Assembly (NCBI GenBank): GCA_963664305.2
Contig: CAXXLV010000002.1
Coordinates: forward strand, 160,001 to 224,000
Source of the DNA: an uncultured Aliarcobacter sp.
GTDB lineage: Bacteria; Campylobacterota; Campylobacteria; Campylobacterales; Arcobacteraceae
Length of the DNA stretch: 64,000 bases
Reading direction: 5' to 3'
Shown: piece by piece, positions 37,998 through 47,659 of the stretch
How the letters are laid out: every line of letters starts with the position of its first letter
Numbering within the stretch: position 1 is the first letter of the stretch
Program-made: the position numbers and the translations under genes
The notes under the pieces: generated by a model
Database searches by the model: none
What the model was told of the DNA's origin: nothing
Seen by the model: only the letters and a program-made list of their open reading frames with translations

Positions 37998-40400
37998 TTG
38001 TTTAAAAATACTTTATTTTTAAAGATAATATTGATTTTTACACTTCCTGCCTTAGGAATTTTATATTTTAGTTCGATTTTGGTTTATGAAAAAGTTGAAT
38101 TAGTTAAAGAAGTTGATGATACTTATAAAAATTTAACATATTTAAAATCAGTAGAAAATGCTGTTTCAAATCTTCAAAAAGAAAGAGATTTAGCAATTAG
38201 ATATTATTTATTGAAAGTTGAAACTCCAGTATTTAATGAACAACAACTAAAAACAAATGAAGCTTTTAAAAATTTAAAAGAAATTTTGCTCAATTTAGAA
38301 TTGAATGAAAAATTTAGCCAATATAAATTAGATATAAATAAACTAGATGTATTTAGAAATAAGATAGAAAATTTATCAATTTCTTTAGATGAAATCTTTG
38401 TTACATACAATGAGTTTAATCAGATTTTATTAAATTCATTAAAGCTTATGAAACCAGTAAAATTTGCAATTGATTTTAATACTGATTTGCTAAATATTTC
38501 TCATTTTTTAAACTTTAAAGAAGCAAGTAGTATTGAAAAAACACTTGTAAAAATATATATAGTTGATAAAAGACTTGATGATAAGTTATTTGATATTTTT
38601 CTAAAAAATTATTCTATTCAAGATATTAATAAAAACTATTTTTTTAATAATGCAAGTTTAGACTTAGTACAAAAATTTAGTGGGAAATTCAATGAAGATT
38701 ATTCAACTAAGATTTTTCTTTTAAGAAAAGATATTAAAGATAGAGTAATAAATAATTCAACTTTAAAATTTGAAGAATGGGAAACAATTTCAAATGCTAA
38801 TTTAGATTATTTAAGTGAGATTTACAATAATTTAATTTATTCAATGGAAAAAATTGCAATAAAATATGAAGATGAAATAGTTGTAGATAGAAATAAAAGT
38901 TTAATCTTCTTATTTGTTTGTTTCTCAACACTAATTTCTTTACTTTTTGTTTTAAAAAATATTATCTTTAATGAACAAAAGAGTTTCTTTAAAGTTCAAA
39001 AACATAAAGAAATTTATGAGCTTTTAAATCAAGCAAATAAATTTTTATTAAAAACATTTAATAAAAAAACATTGTATGCAAACATTTGTGAATTATTATC
39101 TGAAAATGATAGTTTAGAATTTTGTTTTATTTATGATGCAAAAGATAAAAAAATTATTGCAAAAGATGGAGCTTTAAAAGATAAAGTTATTACTCAGATT
39201 GATAAATATGATGATAAATCTCAAGATAATATAGTTTCTAAAACTATGAAATGGGAAACAAATATAATCATCAATAATTTCAAAGAGAGAAATATTTCAG
39301 TTTTTTATAATGAAGCAGATAAATTACATATAAATTCAATGGCAACTTTTCCAATAAAGAAGTTTAATGAAATAGTTGGAACTTTGATTTTATATTCAAA
39401 TGAATTAAATTTCTTTGATCAAGAAGTTGAAATCTTATTTGATAAATTGGTAAATGATGTTACACATTGTTTAGAAAAAATTGAATATGAAGAGATAAGA
39501 TTAAAACAAGAAGATGAGTTAAGATTATCTTCTTACGCTTTTGAATCAAGTGAGCCAATGATAATAACAAATAGTGTAGGTGAAATTGTAAAAGTTAACC
39601 AAGCTTTTTGTACAGCTATGGGATATGCAAGAGATGAAATCTTAGGTAAAAATCCAAGAATTTTTAAATCAGGGCATCAAGATAGTAAATTTGGTGATGA
39701 ATTATGGAATAGTCTAAAAGTTCAAGGTTTTTGGAGTGGTGAAGTTTATAATAAAAAAGCAAATGATGAAATCATTCCTTTAAGAAGTACAATAACTGCT
39801 ATCAAAGATAAAGATGGAAAAATTACACATTTCTTAGGGCAATATTTTGATATTGGTGAGCAAAAAGATAAAGAAAAAGTTCTTGAGTATCAAGCAACAC
39901 ATGATAATCTAACAGGATTACCAAATAGATTATTATTACTTGATAGAATAGAACATGCTATTACAAAAGTTGTAAGACACAAAATAGTTGGTGGTTTAAT
40001 CTTTATTGATTTAGATAATTTTAAAGAAGTAAATGACACTTTAGGACATGATATTGGTGATGCTTTACTTATTATGGTTGCTAAAAAAATAAGAGAAGTA
40101 ATAAGAGAAGAAGATACAATAGCAAGAATTGGTGGAGATGAGTTTATTGTTTTACTTGATAACATAGGAAATAATAAAATAGATGCAAAAAGAAATATCG
40201 CAAATCTTGCAGAAAAAATTAAAAATATTTTAAATGAAATAACTCATATTGAAGGTCATATAAATGTTTCAACTCCAAGTATTGGAATTACACTATTTAG
40301 TGATTCAAGTGTTAGTGTTAAAGATATTATCAAACAAGCTGATACAGCTATGTATGTGGCAAAAAAACAAGGAAAAAATGCAATAGAATTTTTTGATTAA
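37998..40400 (+). CDS. Membrane diguanylate cyclase: NIT-like periplasmic domain, GAF, PAS, GGDEF
   Basis: Two TM helices, LQKER motif, PAS (GKNPRIFKSG), HDNLTGLPNR, RIGGDEF, REED I-site. Confidence 0.88.
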   Translation: MFKNTLFLKIILIFTLPALGILYFSSILVYEKVELVKEVDDTYKNLTYLKSVENAVSNLQKERDLAIRYYLLKVETPVFNEQQLKTNEAFKNLKEILLNLELNEKFSQYKLDINKLDVFRNKIENLSISLDEIFVTYNEFNQILLNSLKLMKPVKFAIDFNTDLLNISHFLNFKEASSIEKTLVKIYIVDKRLDDKLFDIFLKNYSIQDINKNYFFNNASLDLVQKFSGKFNEDYSTKIFLLRKDIKDRVINNSTLKFEEWETISNANLDYLSEIYNNLIYSMEKIAIKYEDEIVVDRNKSLIFLFVCFSTLISLLFVLKNIIFNEQKSFFKVQKHKEIYELLNQANKFLLKTFNKKTLYANICELLSENDSLEFCFIYDAKDKKIIAKDGALKDKVITQIDKYDDKSQDNIVSKTMKWETNIIINNFKERNISVFYNEADKLHINSMATFPIKKFNEIVGTLILYSNELNFFDQEVEILFDKLVNDVTHCLEKIEYEEIRLKQEDELRLSSYAFESSEPMIITNSVGEIVKVNQAFCTAMGYARDEILGKNPRIFKSGHQDSKFGDELWNSLKVQGFWSGEVYNKKANDEIIPLRSTITAIKDKDGKITHFLGQYFDIGEQKDKEKVLEYQATHDNLTGLPNRLLLLDRIEHAITKVVRHKIVGGLIFIDLDNFKEVNDTLGHDIGDALLIMVAKKIREVIREEDTIARIGGDEFIVLLDNIGNNKIDAKRNIANLAEKIKNILNEITHIEGHINVSTPSIGITLFSDSSVSVKDIIKQADTAMYVAKKQGKNAIEFFD

Positions 40401-40437
40401 AATATCAAAAATTTAATTTATATTAAAAGGAGAAATT

Positions 40438-40719
40438 ATGAAAAGTGCAACAGCAAGACATTTATTAGTTGATAGTGAAGAACTATGTTTACAATTAAAA
40501 GAAAGAATAGCAAAAGGTGAGAAATTTGAAGATTTAGCAAAAGAATATTCATCTTGTCCATCAGGTTCTAGAGGTGGAGATTTAGGTACTTTCTTTCAAG
40601 GTCAAATGGTTCCTGAATTTGATAAAGTTGTATTTAATGAAGCAATAAATGTAGTTCATGGTCCAGTTAAAACTGACTTTGGTTACCATTTGTTAGAAAC
40701 AACTTCAAGAAGAGATTAA
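40438..40719 (+). CDS. ppiC: Parvulin-type peptidyl-prolyl isomerase PpiC
   Basis: ARHLLV, S.CPSG..GGDLG.F, MVPEFD, T.FGYH. Confidence 0.93.
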   Translation: MKSATARHLLVDSEELCLQLKERIAKGEKFEDLAKEYSSCPSGSRGGDLGTFFQGQMVPEFDKVVFNEAINVVHGPVKTDFGYHLLETTSRRD

Positions 40720-41088
40720 AAACTCTTCTTCCTCTTTTTTTGAAACTTCTTCATCCCATAAAATAGATATTCCATACTCTTTATCAGTTATTACATATTT
40801 AAAATATTCGCCTGTTCCTCGTCTTCCATGAAGTCTTACAATTACTTGTTCTTCTTCTAATAATTTTTTCATTTCATATTTTGAAAAACTTCTTTTGTTC
40901 CATTTTAAAAAGACATTTGAATAGACTCTAAAAGTACATGTTGAATCAGAAGAAAACACAAATTGTGAACTATCATCATGTTCTTTTTTTGCATTCTCAC
41001 AAGTATAAAGATTTACTTTTTTTCCAAGTGCTACAGTTTTTATTGCTATTACATTTCCCGAACAATATGGACATTTTCCAAGTACCAA
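40705..41088 (-). CDS. Zinc-ribbon protein resembling a topoisomerase III C-terminal repeat
   Basis: LGKCPYC...YTCEN...CTF.V.....L......S..EMKKLL; TTG start after AGGAG. Confidence 0.6.
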   Translation of the reverse strand: MVLGKCPYCSGNVIAIKTVALGKKVNLYTCENAKKEHDDSSQFVFSSDSTCTFRVYSNVFLKWNKRSFSKYEMKKLLEEEQVIVRLHGRRGTGEYFKYVITDKEYGISILWDEEVSKKEEEEFLISS

Positions 41089-41165
41089 TTTTAAACTCCT
41101 AATTTTTCTAAAAGAATTTTACAAAAATTTTCAAAAGAGTTTAAAAAATATAACAATTTGAAAGA

Positions 41166-41804
41166 TTAAGGTGCAAGTCTAGAGATAGTCCAAGTGCCAT
41201 CTTGTTGTAATTCATATAAAAATCTATCATGAAGTCTATCTTGTCCACCTTGCCAAAACTCTATTTTTGTGGGTTTGATGATATATCCACCCCAAAAATC
41301 AGGAAAAGGAACTTCACCTTTTACAAACTTTCTTTTGATTTCATCAAACTTTTGTTCAAGCAGACTTCTTGAACTAATAACTTGACTTTGGTGAGATACC
41401 CAAGCTCCAATTTGGCTTCCTTTTGGACGAGAAAGAAAATATTTTAAAGATTCAGTTGTTGAGATTTTTTCAATATTTCCTTCGATTTTTACTTGACGTT
41501 CTAAGTCAAGCCAAGGAAAAAGTGCAGCAGCTTTTGGATTTTCTTCTATTTGTTTTGCTTTTTTACTTTTATAATTTGTAAAAAAAACAAAACCTTTTTC
41601 ATCAAATATTTTTAATAAAACTGTTCTGATACTTGGCATCATATCAGCTCCAACAGTTGCTAGAGAAAAAGCATTTGGTTCAGTTAGCTCTGCTTGCATT
41701 GCTTGATTGAACCAAAGCTCAAATTGTAAAAAAGGATTCGGGTTTAAATCTTTTATATCTAAACCTCTTGTTGTGTATTTTGCTCTAAGAGTTGTTAAAT
41801 CCAA
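41166..41804 (-). CDS. pdxH: Pyridoxamine 5'-phosphate oxidase
   Basis: R.VLLK, FFTNY.S.K, YF.SRP..SQIGAW.S.QS, EFWQG...RLHDR, RLAP. Confidence 0.96.
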   Translation of the reverse strand: MDLTTLRAKYTTRGLDIKDLNPNPFLQFELWFNQAMQAELTEPNAFSLATVGADMMPSIRTVLLKIFDEKGFVFFTNYKSKKAKQIEENPKAAALFPWLDLERQVKIEGNIEKISTTESLKYFLSRPKGSQIGAWVSHQSQVISSRSLLEQKFDEIKRKFVKGEVPFPDFWGGYIIKPTKIEFWQGGQDRLHDRFLYELQQDGTWTISRLAP

Positions 41805-41855
41805 GATTTATCCTTTTAAGTGATATTTTTAATTTTATCAAAATCTCTATTTATT

Positions 41856-43532
41856 TCATTCCTCAAAAATGTTAAATAATATAGATTTTAAATCGTTTTT
41901 CATTTCATCTGATAAAACTTTTTTTGTTGAATATAAATAGAATGGAACAGTATTTCTCATAGAATGTTTTAATCTTTTTCTCAAAGTTGATATTTCATCT
42001 ATATTTATAAGTTCTTCCCCATCATATAAGTAAAAGTCTTTTGCAATACCAAGTTTAAATGAAACTATTTGATATGCAAAATATAATTCTTCATTTTCAT
42101 ATTTTTTAATAAAATCATCTAAAGCAACTTGTAATTTTTCTAATCTATTTGCAGTTATAAATCCAAAACTCTCTCTAAATTTATATCTTTCAATAGTTGT
42201 AAAATCTAAAACTTTATAAAATTCATTTAGGTTTTTCCATGGACTTCTAAATCTTCGTTTTCCAAATAAAACCTCTTCAAAACAGTATAGATATTTTGTA
42301 TCTTCTTTTGTTTGAATCTCTTTATCTTTTATATCAAAATATCTGTTTTTAAACAATGAAATTAGCCAGTTTTCATCAAGCATAGAGATTGTATCAAGCT
42401 CTTTTTGTCTATTTTGATTTTTAAAATTCCAAAGCATTGAAATCGAATTTGAAAGTTTTTCATCTTCATTTATATCTTCAAAATATTTGCTAGCTAAATA
42501 TTGAACTACACTTTCAAGAAGTGTATCTGTTTTTGCAATACCGTGATTGAAGATTACTTTTTTATATAGATTAAATCTCATTTCAAGCATGTGTTCAATA
42601 TCAATTAAACTCATATCATAAAAACTTAAATAAAATTTTTCATCTTTTTCTACTAGAACAGCTTGTTTTGTAATTCTTATATGGTCATTTGGACCAGTTA
42701 TATAACCACTTGCTAACATATCACGATTTATATAATCAAGTCTATCTGCATCAACTGTACTATCTATAAAATTGTGTAATACTTTAAAATCAAAACCTTC
42801 ATAAAACTCTTCTTCAAGAATTAAAATAGCAAGTCTTTTGATTAGTTTTAAATACTCTTTTTCATAAGATTTTGAGATTAACTCTTCTAATTCATAATCA
42901 AATAGTAGTTTTAAAAGATTTTCTCCAATTGCTTCATGTAAAACTTCTTTTGAGTTTTTTGTAATCTCTTCATAATTTTGTTTGAAAACTACTTCCTTTT
43001 CCAGTAAAGCTTCTAGATTTTGCTCTTTTAGTTTGATTTTGTCATAAACTTTTTTTAAAGCATATTCAACTTGATGTGAAAATGGTAAATGACCAACATC
43101 ATGAAGTAGGGCAACTATCCTTAGAGTTTGTAAAAATATTGTATAAGTTGCTCTTTGTGATTTTGATTTTGTAGGAATTGTAAATTGATATAAAGCTTTA
43201 TTATCAAAATAATCCATATCATCAGAACTAAGTTTTAGATTTTCTTCAATTATTATTGAAACAATTACATTTTTTAGACTAGATAAAAAATCATTTTTTG
43301 TTTTTTTATCTGCATTAAGTAGTGCATTTTTAAACATAAATGATGCTAAATGCATAGTTCCTAAACTATGAATAAATCTTTTTGTTGTAATTGAGGGATA
43401 AGAAAAATATGCCAAAGCGTTTTGTGTGATGAATTGTAATCTATTTACTATTTTTGTTTGAAGGATTTTATCTTCAAGTTTTGTATATTCTATATGATTG
43501 TAAATAGTATCATTTATTAATCTATTTTGTAT
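41856..43532 (-). CDS. HD-domain phosphohydrolase (SAMHD1/dNTP triphosphohydrolase-like), probable ATA start
   Basis: RF.HSLG, LLHDVGHLPFSH, HE, DADRLDY..RD. The conserved N-terminal block (INDTIY.HI....LE..I......NRL..I.Q) lies upstream of the track start 43415. Confidence 0.88.
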   Translation of the reverse strand: MQNRLINDTIYNHIEYTKLEDKILQTKIVNRLQFITQNALAYFSYPSITTKRFIHSLGTMHLASFMFKNALLNADKKTKNDFLSSLKNVIVSIIIEENLKLSSDDMDYFDNKALYQFTIPTKSKSQRATYTIFLQTLRIVALLHDVGHLPFSHQVEYALKKVYDKIKLKEQNLEALLEKEVVFKQNYEEITKNSKEVLHEAIGENLLKLLFDYELEELISKSYEKEYLKLIKRLAILILEEEFYEGFDFKVLHNFIDSTVDADRLDYINRDMLASGYITGPNDHIRITKQAVLVEKDEKFYLSFYDMSLIDIEHMLEMRFNLYKKVIFNHGIAKTDTLLESVVQYLASKYFEDINEDEKLSNSISMLWNFKNQNRQKELDTISMLDENWLISLFKNRYFDIKDKEIQTKEDTKYLYCFEEVLFGKRRFRSPWKNLNEFYKVLDFTTIERYKFRESFGFITANRLEKLQVALDDFIKKYENEELYFAYQIVSFKLGIAKDFYLYDGEELINIDEISTLRKRLKHSMRNTVPFYLYSTKKVLSDEMKNDLKSILFNIFEE

Positions 43533-43604
43533 GATATATCCTTTTTATTTTATTATTATATTTTATTGTTTTAAACCTAAAAATTATGCAAAATTTTAAA
43601 TTGA

Positions 43605-43623
43605 TGATATAATAATCATTATC
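43605..43623 (+). promoter_or_regulatory. Fur-box-like site overlapping an extended -10 (TGaTATAAT)
   Basis: tgatataATAATCATTATC, 14/19 match to GATAATGATAATCATTATC with the last 12 nt perfect. Confidence 0.6.
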
Positions 43624-43638
43624 AAAATAAGGTTTAAA

Positions 43639-43758
43639 ATGGAAGATATTGTAATTTATATCATTGTTGGAATTGCTGCAATTTATTTTATAAACAAACT
43701 ATTTGGAAAAAATGGCAGTTGCGGTTGTGGTGGCAAAGGTAATTGTTCTAAAAAATAG
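43639..43758 (+). CDS. FeoB-associated Cys-rich membrane peptide-like protein (39 aa)
   Basis: Not in ORF track. MEDIVIYIIVGIAAIYFINKLFGKNGSCGCGGKGNCSKK; AAGG SD; one TM helix plus CGC...C tail. Confidence 0.78.
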   Translation: MEDIVIYIIVGIAAIYFINKLFGKNGSCGCGGKGNCSKK

Positions 43759-43764
43759 AGAAGT

Positions 43765-45144
43765 TTAATTCTCTACTTTTTTTTCAAAAATTCTTTCAGT
43801 AAATTGTGCAAATTTACCTCGAACTGCTTTTTCTAACTCAATAGCAAACATTTTAAGTTCAGGATGAGTTTCATTTGTTTGTTTTAAAAGAGTTGTTAAA
43901 CCATTGTTATATTTATTCAAATATAAGTTATCTATTTGTCTATTTGAACCAATAACTATTGCCATACAACTTTCATCAAGTCTTGAAAGTATTAATTGAG
44001 TTGTTTTTTCACTACTATTTTGCCATTCATCCATGATAACAATAGCACTACTTAAAGTTCTTCCTCTTGCTTCTCCAGGCCATAAAGTTTCGATACAATA
44101 TCTTGATTTCAATTCATCAATTTTTGATTCAATAGATTCTTGATTTTCTCTATTTTCACTTTTTTTAAGATGTTTTTTTGCAATAAACTCTAATGTATCT
44201 TGTAATGCCATATTATAAATTCTGAATTTTTCATCATTCCCTGATAAATATCCAATATCAGCACCTTTATCAAGAGATTCGATAGAATTTCTCACATATA
44301 CGATTTTATCATATAGTCCTAAATCAATCAGTCTCATAGAACTTACAACTGACATCAAAGTTTTTCCACTTCCAGCTTTTGCATCAATTACAAGTAAATC
44401 GTATAAGTTTGTCAAAATTGCTTTTGTAAAAAGTTTTTGTTTTATATTTACTGGTTTTACATTTAAAGCTTTAAAATCATTTTCTTTTAGAACATCAATT
44501 TTTCCATTTGTAATAATCGCATATTCTATATTTCCATCATTACTTTCAAAGCAATAAGAGAAGTTTTCCATTTCATAATCTTTATCAACAGCCGTGATAT
44601 CTTTATTTTCTAAACTATTAAATAAAGAAGAATCAAGTTCTATTTGTTTTACAAAATTAAAATTCGGAACAGTTGATTTATCATCATGTAGAGTTTCAGT
44701 TTTTATTCCTCTAAATAGTGCAAAAGTTCTTGCATATACATCAAGTGAAAGAAAAATAGTTTTATAACCTCTATAGTATTCTTGAGCGATAGAAGCTACT
44801 TCAATAATTCTTTTGTCATTTGATTCAGAAATATGAACTTGTTCTATTTGTGTATCATAAACATCTTTTGAGATAATATCAATATTAATTTCATCATTAA
44901 AAAGTTTCACAACTTTAAAACCTAATTTATAATCAACCTCTTTGATTTTCATCTTTGCAAGTAGTCTAGCAAATTCTCTTGAATAGTATCCCAGTTCATT
45001 AGTCAGTTTCTTTTTATCCTCTAATTCAAGAAGTACTGTTTCAGGGATAACAATATGGTTAGTTTTATTGTCTGATATTTTGTAGAGATTTTGAAGATTT
45101 TGTAAGATGATATTTGTATCTAATACATATACTTTTTCTTTCAT
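43765..45144 (-). CDS. PIN-PhoH family protein (PhoH2/YlaK-like)
   Basis: VLDTN PIN motif, ND, AKAGSGKT Walker A, RGRTL, DEWQN, QID. Confidence 0.9.
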   Translation of the reverse strand: MKEKVYVLDTNIILQNLQNLYKISDNKTNHIVIPETVLLELEDKKKLTNELGYYSREFARLLAKMKIKEVDYKLGFKVVKLFNDEINIDIISKDVYDTQIEQVHISESNDKRIIEVASIAQEYYRGYKTIFLSLDVYARTFALFRGIKTETLHDDKSTVPNFNFVKQIELDSSLFNSLENKDITAVDKDYEMENFSYCFESNDGNIEYAIITNGKIDVLKENDFKALNVKPVNIKQKLFTKAILTNLYDLLVIDAKAGSGKTLMSVVSSMRLIDLGLYDKIVYVRNSIESLDKGADIGYLSGNDEKFRIYNMALQDTLEFIAKKHLKKSENRENQESIESKIDELKSRYCIETLWPGEARGRTLSSAIVIMDEWQNSSEKTTQLILSRLDESCMAIVIGSNRQIDNLYLNKYNNGLTTLLKQTNETHPELKMFAIELEKAVRGKFAQFTERIFEKKVEN

Positions 45145-45150
45145 GATAAA

Positions 45151-45184
45151 ATTGTAACATAAAAGAATGACAATAAAGTTACAT
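45151..45184 (-). promoter_or_regulatory. Promoter of the PIN-PhoH gene: pho-box-like 11-bp direct repeat plus extended -10
   Basis: Minus strand reads ATGTAAC-ttta-TTGTCAT, 10 nt, TACAAT, 6 nt, ATG. Confidence 0.55.
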
Positions 45185-45276
45185 TTCTAGAATGTTTTTT
45201 ATTCAACAACTAAAATGTAATAAATAATTAAAAAGATTGTATAATAATTTAAAAATAAGTTAATTTAAGGACTCTT

Positions 45277-46965
45277 TTGAATTTTATAGCCGAAGACTAT
45301 TTACTATTGTTATTATTTGTGATTATCATTTATTTGTTATCTATTGTAAAAAATATGAGAACTTTAAAAAGAGAAAATCATATATTAAATCAGTATAAAG
45401 TGGCTGTAGAAGAGAGTAATATAGTTTCAAAAGCTGATTTAAAAGGTAATATAACTTATGTAAATGATAAATTTTGTGAAGTTACTTTGTATTCAAGAGA
45501 AGAGATTATTGGAAAACCTCACAACCTTTTAAAAGGTGAAAGTTCAAAAGAGGTTTTTAGAGATTTATGGGAGACTATAAGTAATAAAAAAACTTGGCAT
45601 GGAGTTTTAAGAAACAAAAGAAAAGATGGTGAATTCTATTATGTAAACATCACAATTATGCCAATTTTAGATGAAGACAATGAAATAATTGAATATATAG
45701 CAATAAGACATGAAATAACAGATTTAATACACAAATCAGTAGAACTTGAAAAAAGTTTGAGAGAAGATTTCCTAACTAAAGAAGGAAATAGATTTAAACT
45801 TTTAGAAGATATAAAAAAATCAAAAAAACCAGCTTTAGCACTATTAGATATCAGTAGCTTTGGTGAAATAAATGATTTTTATGGTTATGACGTTGGAGAT
45901 GAGGTTTTAAAATTTATTTCAAAAGTATTTAGAAAGTTTATGGGTAATAAATACTCTTTATATAGAATTTATTCTGATGAATTTGCAATTCTTGCAGATA
46001 ATGAGGATAGAGAACATTTTATAAGATTTATTAAATTTTTAATAGATTCAGTTTCTTCATCTCCTTTATTAATAAAAGGAAAAGAGATATATATTCAAAT
46101 GAATTATAGTATCTCTTTTGAAGAAAAAGAAACTTTGAAAAAAACTGCAAATATCATAAAAAGATTTACAAAAGTTAATAAAGATGTCCATATATATGAT
46201 AAAAAGTTGGAAATTGAGAAAATATATGAAAAAAATATTATGTGGACTACAAAATTAAAAAAAGCATTTGAAAATGATAAAATAGTTCCATATTATCAAC
46301 CAATTTTTAATATAAAAACAAACAAAATAGAAAAATATGAGGCTTTAGTTAGATTGATTGATGCTGAAGAAATAGCAATTTCTCCTTATTATTTTTTAGA
46401 TATTGCAAAAAAATCAAAACAATATTTAAAACTTACAAAACAAGTTATCAAAAAATCATTTGAATATTTTAAAGATAAAGATTATGAACTTTCATTAAAT
46501 CTTACATTTGAAGATATAAAAAGTAAGACAATATCTACATATATTTTGGATATGCTAGTTGAATATAATATTGCATCTAAAGTCGTATTTGAAATTGTTG
46601 AATCAGAAGGAATTGAAGATTTTACTCAAGTTAATATTTTCATTGACAAAGTTAGAAAACTTGGTTGTAAAATAGCTATTGATGATTTTGGTTCAGGGTA
46701 TTCAAACTTTGAATATTTGATTAAATTAAATGCAGATTATATAAAAATTGATGGTTCTTTAATAAAAGATATATTGATTAATAAAAACAATCAAGAGATA
46801 GTTATTCCAATAATAGATTTTGCTAAAAGACAAGGTTTTAAAACTATTGCAGAGTTTGTATCAAGTAAAGAAATTTTTGAAAAAGTAAAAGAGTTAGGAA
46901 TAGATTACGCTCAAGGTTATTATATCAGTGAGCCAAAACCTTTTATAAAAGAGGATAAAGCTTAA
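45277..46965 (+). CDS. PAS, degenerate GGDEF, EAL phosphodiesterase
   Basis: N-terminal TM, PAS (YVNDKFC...W.G...N..KDG), YSDEF in place of GGDEF, YEALVR, DDFGSG. Confidence 0.9.
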   Translation: MNFIAEDYLLLLLFVIIIYLLSIVKNMRTLKRENHILNQYKVAVEESNIVSKADLKGNITYVNDKFCEVTLYSREEIIGKPHNLLKGESSKEVFRDLWETISNKKTWHGVLRNKRKDGEFYYVNITIMPILDEDNEIIEYIAIRHEITDLIHKSVELEKSLREDFLTKEGNRFKLLEDIKKSKKPALALLDISSFGEINDFYGYDVGDEVLKFISKVFRKFMGNKYSLYRIYSDEFAILADNEDREHFIRFIKFLIDSVSSSPLLIKGKEIYIQMNYSISFEEKETLKKTANIIKRFTKVNKDVHIYDKKLEIEKIYEKNIMWTTKLKKAFENDKIVPYYQPIFNIKTNKIEKYEALVRLIDAEEIAISPYYFLDIAKKSKQYLKLTKQVIKKSFEYFKDKDYELSLNLTFEDIKSKTISTYILDMLVEYNIASKVVFEIVESEGIEDFTQVNIFIDKVRKLGCKIAIDDFGSGYSNFEYLIKLNADYIKIDGSLIKDILINKNNQEIVIPIIDFAKRQGFKTIAEFVSSKEIFEKVKELGIDYAQGYYISEPKPFIKEDKA

Positions 46966-46973
46966 GAAAAATC

Positions 46974-47483
46974 TTAAGCTTTAGATAGTTTTTTTAAAGA
47001 GTTAATCATTGCGATTGCACTCTCTTCATTTAGTGGTTTTTCATAAGTAGTTAAAATCTCTCTAGCTATTATAGTTGAACCTAAGTGTTGAAACATTATT
47101 CTCATAGCTTGAAGACCTTTTGCTCCTCCTCCACCACTGTGTGTTGCAAGACCAACGATTTTTTCATTGAAGGCATCTCTCCAATTTTTTGTTGCTCTTG
47201 AAGTCCATGCCATTGCATTATTTAATACAGGAGGCATAACTCCATTATATTCTGGTGCAACAATGATGAAAGCTTTTAATGCTAAGATTTTTGTTGCTAA
47301 ATCAAGTGCTGATTCTGGAATTCCATTTTCTTCCTCTTCAACTGTACTATATAATGGTAATCTTAAATCAACTAAATTTATTAAATCAACTTCAGACTCT
47401 TGGCTTAATGCTAATTCTTTAAGTTTTAAACCTAATTTTTGATTGTTATTAGAACTAGCTACTAATATTCCTATTTTTGTCAT
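46974..47483 (-). CDS. NADPH-dependent FMN reductase family flavoprotein
   Basis: APEYNG.MPP.L.N...W.SR, SGGGG. Confidence 0.88.
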   Translation of the reverse strand: MTKIGILVASSNNNQKLGLKLKELALSQESEVDLINLVDLRLPLYSTVEEEENGIPESALDLATKILALKAFIIVAPEYNGVMPPVLNNAMAWTSRATKNWRDAFNEKIVGLATHSGGGGAKGLQAMRIMFQHLGSTIIAREILTTYEKPLNEESAIAMINSLKKLSKA

Positions 47484-47659
47484 AATAATCCTTATAAAAT
47501 TTTTTAAAAAAAATATTATATCAAAGGATTACTTTTATCCTAGAAATTATTAAATAATGGGCTAAATATAGTATTTAAAATAAAATAATTGAATTGCTAA
47601 TTTTAGTAAAAATTGTTATAATGACCAGCTAAATGATTTTATAAATAAGAAATATAAAT

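Noticed and set aside
24636..46981. Short inverted repeats at convergent gene ends (near 24637, 29519 and 46959)
   Set aside because: Most simply ordinary bidirectional terminator hairpins; too short to call a repeat family
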